From Raja brachyura (Eukaryota), in NCBI GenBank assembly GCA_963514005.1, contig OY740814.1:2666001-2730000 (forward strand): DNA of 64,000 nt. Direction: 5' to 3'. Positions 26,512-38,750 of this stretch are shown in pieces. Within the stretch, counting starts at the first letter, position 1. Every line of letters begins with the position of its first letter. Position numbers and translations under genes: made by a program. Below the pieces are notes generated by a model. That model was not told the DNA's origin, did no database searches, and saw only the letters and a program-made list of their open reading frames with translations.

Positions 26512-26752
26512 GTGTCAGAAAGAACTGCAGATGCTGGTTTACATCGAAGATAGACACAAAATGCTGGAGTAGCTCAGCAGGTGAGGCCGCATCTCTGGAG
26601 AGAAGGAATGGGCGACGTTTCGGGTCGAGACCCTTCATCAGACTGAAGTAGTCTGAAGACCAAAGAAAGGTCTCGTCCCGAAACGTCGCCCATTCCTTCT
26701 CTCCAAAGGTGCTGCCTCACCCACTGAGTTACTCCAGCACTTTGTGTCTACC
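26512..26752. mobile_element. Penelope pseudo-LTR, inverted (palindromic) pair; representative of dozens of copies (e.g. 97-330, 12596-12822, 18335-18560, 25707-25915, 36903-37080, 39828-40088, 54088-54470, 61057-61208)
   Basis: Recurrent 'gaactgcagatgctgg...ctggagtaactcagcgggtcaggcagcatctctggag...gacgtttcgggtcgagaccc' followed by its reverse complement. Confidence 0.75.
26611..26645 (-). ncRNA. Minimal hammerhead ribozyme core in Penelope pLTR (CUGAUGA-A-GGGU-cucg-ACCC-GAAA-CG-UC)
   Basis: The minus strand reads cagtCTGATGAagggtctcgacccGAAAcgTCgcc: a conserved CUGANGA box, a 4-bp helix II, a GAAA box and a GUC triplet. Self-cleavage activity is not demonstrated. Confidence 0.7.
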
Positions 26753-27384
26753 TCCCCATGACCTGCGTGGGTTTTCTCCTGGTGCTTCAGTTTCCTCCCA
26801 CACTCCAAAGACGTGCTGGTTTGTAGGTCGATTGGCGTCTGTAACTTGTCCTCAGTGTATAGGATGGACAGATATTAGCAGGCACTACATTTAAAAAACA
26901 TTTAGACAGGGACTTGGTAGGTACATGGATAGGACAGGTTTAGAGGGATATGGGCCAAATGAAGGCAAGTGAGACTAGAGTAGATTGGGTATGTTGGTGA
27001 TTGTGGGCTCGCTGTACAACTCCATGGTTCTATAGGATGGAATGTGTATAGGTGATTATGGTGGGTGTGGACTCAGTGGGCTGAAGAGCCAGTTTCCATC
27101 TCTAAGCTAAACTAAATCTACTCTGTTAGAATTTGCAAGCATTTACAAACAAATATACTCAGCTCTCAAGTTAATGGCAAAACCTGACACTAATCAACTA
27201 TTGCCTATTGCTGCCCCCATATCTTGACAGTTTAGGAATTTCATTTACAATTCAGAGACTGATAGTCCGAGTCTGTTCCATCTGTTGTCCATAATCTTGC
27301 TAGTTGCCAAGATACGCATGCTTCAATCTATCATTTTGTCGTACAATAACCAACAGGTTCACTAAAAAGCCTCAGACTCTATTC

Positions 27385-27848
27385 TGCAGGAGGATGAGGT
27401 ATGATCTTATAGAGGTGCACAGAATCATGAGAGGAATAGATCGGATAGACTCACAGAGTCTCTTACCCAGAGTAGGGGATTTGAGAATCAGAGGACATCG
27501 TTTTAAGATGAGGGGGGAAAGAATTAATAGGAACCCAAGGGGGAACTTTTGCACACAAAGGGTGGTGGGTGTATGGAACGAGCTGCCAGAGAAGGTAGTT
27601 GAGGATGGTACTATCGCAACATTTAAGAAATATCTGGACAAGTACATGGATAGGACAGGTTTGGGGGATATGGGCCAAATGCAGGCAGGTGGGACTAGTG
27701 TAGCTGGGACACGTTCATCACCATTGATCACCATAGTTCTCTGTTATCCCACTATTCACATCCAACACACTAGGGGCCATTCACAACTTATGGGCTAGCT
27801 GGGCCAAAGGACCTTTTTCCTCGCTGTAAGTCTCTATGACTCCATGAA
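27385..27848 (+). mobile_element. CR1/HER1 LINE 3' fragment with an internal SINE piece
   Basis: RRMRYDLIEVHRIMRGIDR...TQRVVGVWNELP, followed by the typical 3' tail. Confidence 0.85.
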
Positions 27849-29359
27849 CGGATCCCGGTTTGCTTTCCCAACCTTCTGCCTATCATTGTACATTTGTTTG
27901 TGTCGTTCAGCTGACATTTAGAGCTGCATAGATTTCAACAATTTCAGCTGGTTAATTTAAGTTATTGCAGTGTAAATCACTGCTCAAATAAGGTCACAGC
28001 ACCCATGTAGAAATTGATTTTATTGCAAATCAAACAAATAGGCCATCTTAAAGTATTATGATATTTCAATGAAACAAAAATAACAACCGATTGAATAGGA
28101 TCAACATACCTCAAGCCTGATTCAATAGTTCTTTATTATCACATGTACTAAGGTACAGTGAAATTCTATTTTTTTGCACACAGTTCAGTAAATTATTACT
28201 ATGCCTGAGCACGATCCCAGATTAAGTACAAAGTGTACAGGAATAGCCCACTGAGACCATATCCAAGAGTCGCCAGGTTTTGGCCCCATTTTCCAAGTCC
28301 AAGCTGCAGCTGGCCATGACGGCTTGTTGTTCTGGCGGTGTTGCTGTTGCAGGCATCCTCCATCGCTGCGTGCCGGGAGAGTGCAGAGTGCCAGAGCGGC
28401 ACGGTGGCGCAGCGGCAGAGCCAGAGTCCCGGGTTCGATCCCGACTACGGGTGCTGTCTGTACGGAGTTTGTACGTTCTCCCCGTGAACACGTCTTTTTT
28501 CTTCTTGTGAGATAAAATGCTTTGCACTGTTCTTGGATCATCACCAAGGATTCGCATTCCTGTTGGAAACCATCTTCTGCCACTGGGACTGGGAACTACC
28601 CTCTTGTTCTGTATCATTGTTTTGAGCAATTCTACATACAGAGGCTATACAGATATTGTTGCAATGTTTCAATGTAAATTATAAAGTGCTGGAGTAACTC
28701 CTGCGGGTCAAGGGATATGGGGAGAAGGCAGGAACGGGGTACTGATTGTGGATGATCACAGTGAATGGCGGTGCTGGCTCGAAGGGCCGAACGGCCTACT
28801 CCTGCACTTATTGTCTATTGTCTTTTGTTTACAAAATGGATGGGTGACATTTCAGGTTGGGACCTGGGTTGAATGGGTGACTTTGCTGCAAGAGAACTAG
28901 GCTTGAAGCTTGAGAGCATTTGGACTTTGGCCTTTGTTTCAATCAGACCAGAATCTCAGGTTATGTGTACATAGCTCTTTTGTGACATTTGAAGGCCAAG
29001 TGGACACTACTGCAACTCTCCTGGGAGAATGGCCCAATTGATCAGTTGGGTTGTAGTCATTGGCTGGCAGTGGAGGTGAGGCAGAGAAGGGAAGAGAGAT
29101 GAGGATGAGGTGGTGGAAGAGAGTTGTTGATAATGGTGGGAGGACAGCCAATGTACGATCCCTGCCGTGTAAAAAACACAGCTGAAAAAAATCCCCAAAG
29201 AAATCTTGTTATTTTCCACTGTTTTGCTGACTCTGAAATATCCTCCTGAGACGGGCGCGATGAAAAGGAGAAGAAACAAACAGTAGGTAGACAAAAAATT
29301 CTGGAGGAACTCAGCGGGTGAGGCAGCATCTATGGAGAGAGTTGGCGACTTTTCCAATA

Positions 29360-29825
29360 CATGTACCTGTCTGAATGTTTCTTAAACTTTGTGATAGTAC
29401 CTGCTTCAACTATCGCCTCTGACAGTTCATTCCATACACCTACCACCGTTTGTATAAAAAAAGTTATCCCTCAGATACCTATTAAATCCCCCCACCCTCC
29501 TCCCCTCACCCCAAACCTATGCATTCTGGTTCTTGTTCTGGTTTTCAATTCCCCTACTTTGGGCAAAAGACTCACCCGGTCTATTCCTCTCATGATTTTG
29601 TTCGCCTCTATAAGATCACCCTTCATCCTCCTGCACTCCAAGGAATAAAGTCCTAGCCTGCTCAACCTCTCCCTATAGCTCAGGCCCTCGAGTCCAGGCA
29701 ACATCGTGGTAAATCTTCTCTGCACCCTTTCCGGCTTGACAATATCTTTCCTACAACATGATGGCCAAAAGTGAACACAATAGTGTAAACGTGGCTTCAC
29801 TAATGACTTATATAACTGCAGCATG
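29360..29825 (-). mobile_element. CR1/HER1 LINE fragment (ORF2 C-terminus)
   Basis: LYKSLVKPRLHYCVHFW...ERVQRRFTTMLPGLEGLSYRERL...RRMKGDLIE. Confidence 0.9.
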
Positions 29826-31853
29826 TGGAGATGGGAGGAGATTGGGGTTGACAATGGTGAAGTAGACTTGATGGGCTGAATGGTCTAATTCTACTCCTAT
29901 ATCTTATGAACTTATGAACATTACCTCCCAATGACCACTATGGAGGCAACAGAAGCAAGTATGGCACAAGTCTGCAAGAACCCAACTCCAAACATTGTGA
30001 TAAGTCATACAACCACATATGCTGGAAGCCTGAAACATACAAGCTGGAACCACTCAGTAGATACAGAAGGAGAATCAAAGATCAGGTTTCAGGTCAAAGT
30101 CCCTTCATTGGAAATGGAAGAGTGTGGAAACAAATTAGCTGTAAGTCACGGTGAGGGTGGGGGAAGGATGTGCAGGCAAACAGGATGTTGCTGATAGCAA
30201 GACGTAAGAGTTGTGGTGATGGTGAGTTGTTTATGAAGTGTTTGGTTGTTAGGGTTGATGGATTAATGAGTGGCTGTGGAGAAAAGAAACCAAAAGTGGA
30301 ATGCTGGAAGTAGCCAACACATCAGGCAGTGTCTGAAATAAATTGTTAATATCTCAGATTAATAACCTCCAGACAGATTTAGTTCTGATGCAAACAAGAG
30401 AAAGCAAACCACATTTTAGCCGTCATAAAGGTCCACACTTTCATCTCCACCAAGCATTCCTCTTCTCACGGTGGCGCAGTGGTAGAGTTGCTGCCTTACA
30501 GCGCCAGAGACCCGGGTTCAATCCTGACTTGGGGAGCAGTCTGAATGAAGTTTGTACGTTCTCCCCTTGACCAGTGTGGGTTTTCGCTGAGATCTTTGGT
30601 TTTCTCCCACACTCCACAGAAATAAAAGGTATGGAATAATATTAATGAATGCACTGTTAGAAAGGAGATGAGGAGGAATTTCTTTAGTCAGTGGTAGTGA
30701 ATTTGTAGAATTCATTGCCACCGACACCGGTGGAGGTCAGGTCATTGGGTATTTTTAAGGCGGAGATTGACAGGTTCTTGATTAATAAGGGTGTCGGGGG
30801 TTACGGGGAGAAGGCAGGAGAACGTAGTTGAGAGGGAAAGATAGATCAGCCATGATTGAATGGCGGAGTAGACTTGACGGGCCGAATGGCCTAATTCTGC
30901 TCCTGGATCTTATGAATTTGTAAGGGGGGAGACATTTGCCTTTGAGCTTATCGATGTTTAAGTGGAGTACATACAGTGGCTGCTGGAAGTACAAACCCAT
31001 CAATGTTCAGCACCGGTAACAACATCAAGTGGAATGTGAGATGTAACATATCCTAACCAAAGAATTTACAACCACAAAATGTATTCAGTTTATTTTTAAC
31101 TTGGCTGAAGGCCTTATTAAATGAACTAGGAGTGCCCACAAACTGCAAAACAACTTACTGGGTTGGGATGAGAGCAACCATTTAGTTGATACCAATGAAG
31201 ATCAGACTAGCATTCCTCAAAGTGGTCTTGACCTCTTATCTACCTCATTGGAGATCCTCTGACTATCTTTAATCGGACTTTACTTGACTTTATTCCCTTT
31301 GTCCCACATCTGTACACTGTGAACATCTTTATTGTATTATGTGTAGCCTTTTTGCTGACTGGATAGCATGCAGCAAACAAGCTTTTCACTGTACCTCAGT
31401 AAACGTGCCAATAAATAAAACTATTGATAATTTATTGTGTTAATGTACATTTTATATTTATTTGTTGTGTTGCTGCATTAGTGTGCTTGTGAAAGGTGCA
31501 GCAATATATGATAGCTGGATAACACGCAGCATAATAGCTTTTCACAGTATGTCGGTACATGTGACCATAATTAACTAAATCTAAATCTAAGAACAATATC
31601 CAATAGTTGTACCAATTTCTTGCTACCAATGGCTTTTCACTGTACCTCAGTACACGCGACAATAAACTAAACTATCAAACGATCAGCAGGGCTGCTGCCT
31701 CGCTGTGCAGAGATCCAGGTCCAGTCCTGACCTCTGGTGCTGTCTGTGTGGAGTTTGCATGTTCTCACTGTGACTATGCGGCAATCCAGTTTCCTTCCAC
31801 GTCCCAAAGGCATGTGGGTTGGTCGCTTGATTGGCCATTGTGAATTATCCTTA

Positions 31854-32002
31854 AGGGCCTGTCCCACTTACGCGATTTTTTCGGCACCCGTCATAGTCGC
31901 AGCAGGTGGCCGAAAATGTTCAGCATGTTGAAAATCTAGCGGCGACCAGAAAATGGTACGACTCTTTGGGCGACTACTCACGACCATACAAGCGGCACCC
32001 CG
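31854..32002. mobile_element. Truncated Harbinger-type MITE (one TIR) inserted in an old SINE
   Basis: tta-AGGGCCTGTCCCACTTA followed by a CpG-rich body; no second TIR seen. Confidence 0.6.
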
Positions 32003-33054
32003 TGTAAATGACAGGGGGATGGGAGGTGGAGAGTTGACGGGAATGCAGGGAGAATAATGGGATTAAGGTAATATCAGTGTACATCAGTGGTTGATGGTCA
32101 ACACAGACGCAATAGGCCTGAGGATCTCAACACCTCCACCTGGAGTTGTCTTCCAAGTAACACACCATCTTTTCTTGGCAACATATCACCAGGGCACCTG
32201 AAACTGTTAAATAAGGAACGGTAGATAGACACAAAAAGCTGGAGTAACTCAGCAGGACAGGCAGCATCTCTGGAGAGAAGGAATGAGTGACGTTTCGGAT
32301 CAAGACCCTTCTTCATCCTGGTGTCAGGGGAGAGGGAGTTGAGACCGTTCTTCATAAACAATTAAATGCCAGACTAAATGCCAGACAAAACACACTGGCT
32401 ATGAATGAATAAAAAAGATTACTTTTCAGATTTTCATCATCTGCGGCGTTTTGCTATTTGATGCATGGTCGATTCCCTCTTCTATTCATCAAATGGGGGG
32501 CAGAATTTATCAGTTTTCCGAAAATACCCCAGCATCCTACACAATGCCCAGTCTAGTTCTAGAGGGCTGTGGAGGTCAAATCAGTGGATATTTTAAAGGC
32601 AGAGATCGACAAGTTCTGGATTAGAACGGGTGCCAAAGGTTATGGGGGATAAGGCAGGAAAATGGGATTAGGTTGCAGAGATCAGCCATGATTGAATGGC
32701 GGAGTAGAGTTGACAGGCAGAATGGCTTAATTCTACTCCTATAACATGTGAACTTGTGTTTGAGACTTGAACTTATAGACCCCTGACTAACTATGCTTGT
32801 CACTTAGTCATCGCTGATCCATTTGGCAATATCTCATGACTCACCTTTATGAGAGTTTGGATGTGACCTATTCACGTCATTGTTTTGTCTTTTCATGAAC
32901 ACATCTAATCATTTCTTATGAAAGATGGGTGGCACGGATGTCAAACGAAAAGCAAGCCAATTCAAAGGACAAGGTTTCTTGTAGTTTGAAATGACTACGT
33001 AAACCAGACTGCAGTGAATGTCACAGCATTAGATGTACATCTCTGCTTGCACAT

Positions 33055-33352
33055 CTGGCACAGTGGTAGAGTTGCTGCCTTGCAGCGCCAGAGACCCAGG
33101 TTCGATCCTGACCATGGGTGCTGTCTGTATGGAGTTTGTACGTTCTCCCCGTGACCTGCGTGGGCTTTCTCCGGGTGCTCCAGTTTCCTCCCACACTCCA
33201 AAGATGTACAGGTTTGATGGTTAATCGGCTTTGGTAAAGATTGTAAATTGTTGATAGTGTGTAGGATAGTTTATGGGGATCACTGGTCGGTTTGGACTCA
33301 ATGGGCCAAATGGCCTGCTTCCACATTATATCTCTAAACTAAAAACTGAACT
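33055..33352 (+). mobile_element. HE1-type V-SINE
   Basis: B box ggttcgatcc, V-domain and tail. Confidence 0.85.
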
Positions 33353-34101
33353 AAAAAGGTGCACAAGAAAGAAAGTGTTCTGACCCAAAATGTCACCCTA
33401 TCCTTTTTCTCCAGAGATGCTTCCTGACACACTGAGTTACTCCATTGTCTACCTTTGGTATAAACCAGCATCTGCAGTCCACATTCAATTCTTGTTGTTC
33501 ACTGATTTGCTATCTGTGGATCTGAGTACTGATGTGGGTTGTCTCTGCCCCAGCCTTACCACCATAGTACCTGTGCTCCTAGATCCCTCTGCTCTACAAC
33601 ACTCCCCCGTACCCTACCATTCACCGTAGAGGTCCTACACTGGTTCGATTTCTCAAAGTGCAACACCTCACATCTGAATTAAACTCCATCTGCCACTCCT
33701 CAGCCCACTTGCACAGTTGATCAAGGCAGTGGTCTCTATCTTTAGTAATTCTTGATAACTATCTCCAGTCTATGCTACCATCTATTTTAGTGTCACTTTG
33801 CAATATTTGTCTAATCCCATTGGGGTTATTATGGTGAAAGATTGCAAACAGATGCTAGTTGGGTGCTGCTCTAATTAGATGTGCCTGCCTGTTAATCTGG
33901 TTTTAAGCCAATGGTTTGGGGGCTATTCCATGTTTACAAGGTTTAAGCTTACCTGCCGGCACTAAAATGAACAGCTGTATGTTTAGCTGCTTAAAACTAA
34001 TTGCTGTGGAGCACTGTCTGTATCTCCACCCAACCACTGAGCATCTGATCATCACTCTCTGCTAACTGCAATGTTTGAAAGGACTCGGGAAGGAAACTAC
34101 G

Positions 34102-34405
34102 GGTGTCACGGTGTCGCAGCGATAGAGTTGCTGCCTTGCAGCACCAGAGACCCGGGTTTGATCCCGACCACGGGTGCTGCCTGTACGGAGTTTGTACGTT
34201 CTCCCCCGGCCGCATGGGTTTTCTCCGAGATCTTCAATTGCCTCCCATGCTCCAAAGACGTACGCGCTTGTAGGTTAATCGGCTTGGTATAAATGTAAAA
34301 TTGGCCCTAGTGTGTGTTGGATACTGTTAATGTGCAGGAATCGCTGGTCGCTGTGGACTTGGTGGGCTGAAGGGCCTGTTTCCACGCTGTATCTCTAAAG
34401 TAAGC
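34102..34405 (+). mobile_element. HE1-type V-SINE
   Basis: Consensus match by eye. Confidence 0.82.
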
Positions 34406-34429
34406 AAAAAAAATTGAAGTGAGGGTTAC

Positions 34430-34656
34430 TCCAAATTAAAGGTGTAGCCATGGGAGCTCAAATGGGCCCCAGTTATACCAGCCTTTTTGTCAGATACGTC
34501 AAACAGTCCTTATTCCAGGTGTACTCTCGCCCTATCTCCCAACTCTTTCTCCGCTACATTGATGACTGCATCGGGGCGACCTCCTGCACTCACGCTGAAC
34601 TCATAGGCTTTATTAACTCCACCACTAACTTCTACCCTACCCTCAAACTCACCTGG
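34430..34656 (+). mobile_element. Penelope-like element reverse transcriptase fragment
   Basis: QIKGVAMGAQMGPSY...FLRYIDDCIG...INSTTNFYPTLKLTW, with the QxxGxAMG and RYIDD motifs typical of Penelope RT. Directly followed by pLTR sequence. Confidence 0.85.
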
Positions 34657-34937
34657 GGTAATAAGACTGAAGAAGGGTCCTGACCCGAAACATTACCTAT
34701 CCTTTTTCTCCAGAGGCACTGCCTGACCGGCTGAATGACTCCAGCACTTTGGGTCTACCTTTGAGAGTTGCTCAGAGGTGGCTGTGAAACTATCGAATTG
34801 TCTAGGAGTATACGAGTGTTACATGAAAACTCCCAAGGAGTGCTGAAATAAATCTGTAAGTGTGTGTGTGACGGCACACATCCAGCCCGTGAACAGAACA
34901 CATTTGCAATGATTATTTACAACCCAGACTGAACAAT

Positions 34938-35370
34938 TAGTTTAGTTTAGTTCAGAGATACAACGTGGAAACAGACCCTTCGGCCAACGCCCGTGTCGAC
35001 CAGCGATCCCCGCACACTAACACCATCCTCCACACTAGGGACATAGAAACATAGAAAATAGGTGCAGGAGGAGGCCATTCGGCCTTTCGAACCAGCACCG
35101 CCATTCATTGTGAATATGGCTGATCGTCCCCAATCAATAACCCGTGCCTGCCTTCTCCCCATATCCCTTGATTCCACCAGCCCCTTTACAAGTTACAAGT
35201 TTTACCAAAGCCAATTAACCGACAAATCCGTTCGTCTTTGGGATGTGGGAGGAAACCGGAGAACCTGAATAAAACCCGCGCGGTCACAGGGAGAACGTGC
35301 AAACTCCGTACAGACAGCACCCGTAGTCAGGATCGAACCTGGGTCTCTGGCGCTGTGAGGCAGCAACTTC
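34938..35370 (-). mobile_element. HE1-type V-SINE interrupted by a CR1 3' end (about 35041-35183)
   Basis: The two SINE halves flank 'acatagaaacatagaaaataggtgcaggagg...'. Confidence 0.8.
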
Positions 35371-38069
35371 AATCAATGTGAATAACTGTGCTCTGCATCT
35401 CATATTCCATCATGTTACTTTTTTTTGATCCATTTTCTCTGACAGCCCCCATTCATCTACTAACTAGATAACACAACAAACAATTGTGTGACGTGAACAA
35501 CCTCGGACTTCAATAAATGTAGAATCACAGTGAGTGGTGGGGCCTGGAACGCACTGCCAGGGGTGGTGGTGGAGGCAGATACCATAGTGCCATTTAAGAG
35601 GCTTTTAGACAGGCACATGGAAGTGCAGAGAATAGAGGGATATGGATCATGTGCAGGCAGATGAGAGCAGTTTAACCTGGTATCATGTTTGGCACAAACA
35701 TTGAGGGACGAAGTGCCCGTTCCTATGCTGTACTGTTCTATATAATTGACATTCCATCTATTCTCTCTACTCTAAGGGGTGGCACAGTGGGGCAGTGGTA
35801 GAGTTGCTACCCGACAGCGCCAGAGACGTACAGGTTTGTAGGTTAATTGGTTTCAGTAAAAGAAATTGTGAATGATTCTGGGAAAAGTTGTAAATTGTCC
35901 CTGGTGTGTAGGCTAGTGCTAGTGTACGGGGTGAACGCTGGTCGGTACTGGTCCCCACCTCTACAATTTAAAGCATGTTGGTTTCCTCATTTTCCAGTTT
36001 TAATTATCTCCTCTCTCCACAGATACCTACAACATCTTCAGTTTTATCTCATCAATCCTCACTCCACAGTTTATTTTTGTTAATAGGTATCATAATCAAT
36101 CTGGTCTAACGAGGTCACACCCTCATTAAAGTATTTTATCAGTAGATTCTTCTGTTGGCTACAACTTTAAATTAAATGATAAATGAACAACTATGCTGTC
36201 TGAATTACTCCGTCATGACTCATTTCAAATATGACTGCTACATAAGCTTTTAAATTCTTTAAAGTTGCATAATGTTTAACTGTGCTAAACAATACAACTT
36301 CAAGCAAAAGTGTGTTATTGTAAGGTCCACAAGTCTGCAATATTTTCTTTAGATTCTTTACAAAGTCATAGAGTGATACAGTGTGGAAACAGGCCCTTCG
36401 GCCCAACTTGCCCACATCGGCCAACATGTCCCATCAACACTTGTCCCACCCGCCAGCGTTTGGCCCATATCCCTCCAAACCTGTTCTATCCATGAACCTG
36501 TTTAATTGTTTCTTAAAAGTTGGGATAGTCCCCGTTTCCATTATGTAGGAAGGAACTGCAGATGCTGGTTTAAACCGAAGATAGTCACAAAATGGTGGAG
36601 TAACTCAGCCGGACAGGCAGCATCTCAGTAAAGAAGGAATGGGTGACATTTCGGGTCAAGACCCTTCTTCAATCTGGTGTCAGGGGAGAGGGAGATACAT
36701 AGATATCTATATATATCCCTCTCCTGAGGCAGCTCGTTCCATTCACCCACCACCCTTTGTGTGAAAAAGTTACCCTTCAGGTTCCTTTTAAATCGTTTCC
36801 CCTTCACCTTAAACTCATGCATAAGTTTAATATTCAAAGCGCCAAAAGATAGCTAGCAATGGACCCGTGGTGAGTGGGAGTAGTATAGATAGGTGTTCAT
36901 GTTTAAGAAAGAACTGCAGATGCTGGAAAAATCGAAGGTAGACAAAAATGCTGGAGAAACTCAGCGGGTGAGGCAGCATCTATGGAGCGAAGGAATAGGT
37001 GATGTTTCGGGTCCATAGATTCCTTCGCTCCATAGATGCTGCCTCACCTGCTGAGTTTCTCCAGCATTTTTGTCGACCATAGATAGGTGTTCATGGTCAG
37101 CATGGACATGGTGGGATGAAGGGGCTGTTTCTGTGCTGAATGACCTTATGGACTCTATGGGCCAGGCCCAATGCTAACATAGGGGATCTATTGAAGCAAT
37201 ACGCGAATAATCAATAATTAAACACTGCAAAAATCAGATGTCATATGTGCGGAGAATTTACCAGCTGCAAACGTTCTTACTTTTATTTAGAATATCAGCC
37301 CAGCTAGTTTATTTGGTTGTAAATTTTCGCACTGTGGGATGAAATGTGAACAGCTGCTTTTCATGAGATTGAGCAAATTGATTCTGAACATAAAAGGCCA
37401 TTTCAAGAGGGTTAATTCATTGAATATTGCAATAGTCAGTGACAGTCACTGTTTATAGAACAGTTTGCTTTGGAAATTATTGCATGTTTTCATGCAACAT
37501 CACAGCAACGAAGGCGGCTCTTCAGTTAATATGCATAGTTGTGACCCTCGCTCTTCCTTTGATCGGAGACACTGTAAAAGGCTCGATTGTAATCATGTTT
37601 GTGACTTTCCGCTGACTGGATAGCACGCAACAAAAGCTTTTCACTGTACCTCGGTACACGTGACAGTAAACTGACCTGGAACTGAAACTGGCATCTGCCC
37701 ATCTGTGAGAGATGATGGTACGGCTTTGACATTGTCTTGCTTGGATGGGGGACTTTCATCTGTGGTTACATCTCCTGCTGTGGCTGACTAGGTCTATCCT
37801 TGGCAGGCAGACCCTCCTACGGCTTCCAACAGGTAAATTTGTCGCTGGCCGTCTGATTGGGGACTGTGTTCCAGTTGCTGTTGAACATTCTGTGGCGTTG
37901 GCGCCTGGCCTCGATGTTCTTGAACAACACAGTGTCGTGGTGCTTCATACTCACCTGGAGGTCATTCAATGCTTCTGTCATCCAATTCACTGAAAAGACC
38001 AAAATTCCGATCGAAAACAATGAAGGATGTCACTTGATCTAGCCACATCTCCAGACCGAGGAACAGAGG

Positions 38070-38378
38070 TAGGTTAGGTTAGTTTAGTTTAGGTTAGAGA
38101 TACAGCGTGGAAACAGGTCCTTTGGCGCTGACCAGCGATCCCCGCACACATTAACACTATCCTACTCACACTAGGGACAATTTACATTTATACCAAGCCA
38201 ATCAACCTACATACCTGTACGTCTTTGGACTGTGGGAGGAAACCAAATATCTCAGAGAAAACCCACACGAGAATGTAGAAACTCCGGACAGACAGCAACC
38301 GTAGTCAGGATCGAACTCGGATCTCCAGCGCTGCAAGCGCTGCAAGGCACCAACTCTACTGCTGCGTCACCGTGCCGA
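38070..38378 (-). mobile_element. HE1-type V-SINE
   Basis: Consensus match by eye. Confidence 0.82.
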
Positions 38379-38434
38379 CAAAATGTGTGGAAGGATCAGC
38401 AGATGCTGGTTTATGGTTAGACACAAGATTAGAC

Positions 38435-38750
38435 ACAGAGTGCTGGAGTAACTCAGCGGGTCAGGCAGCATCTCTGGAGAACATGGATAGGTGACGTTTC
38501 ACAGAGTGCTGGAGTAACTCAGCGGGTCAGGCAGCATCTGTGGAGGACGTGGATAGGTGACGTTTCACAGAGTGCTGGAGTAACTCAGCGGGTCAGGCAG
38601 CATCTGTGGAGGACGTGGATAGGTGACGTTTCACAGAGTGCTGGGGTAACTCAGCGGGTCAGGCAGCATCTGTGGAGGACATGGATAGGTGACGTTTCAC
38701 AGAGTGCTGGAGTAACTCAGCGGATCAGGCAGCATCTGTGGAGAACATGG
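38435..38750. repeat. 66-bp tandem repeat (~4.8 copies) derived from the Penelope pLTR
   Basis: The unit acagagtgctggagtaactcagcgggtcaggcagcatctgtggagaacatggataggtgacgtttc starts at 38435, 38501, 38567, 38633 and 38699. Confidence 0.92.

Noticed and set aside
38435-38750. CRISPR-like regular array
   Set aside because: The units are contiguous with no unique spacers, the context is eukaryotic, and there are no cas genes.
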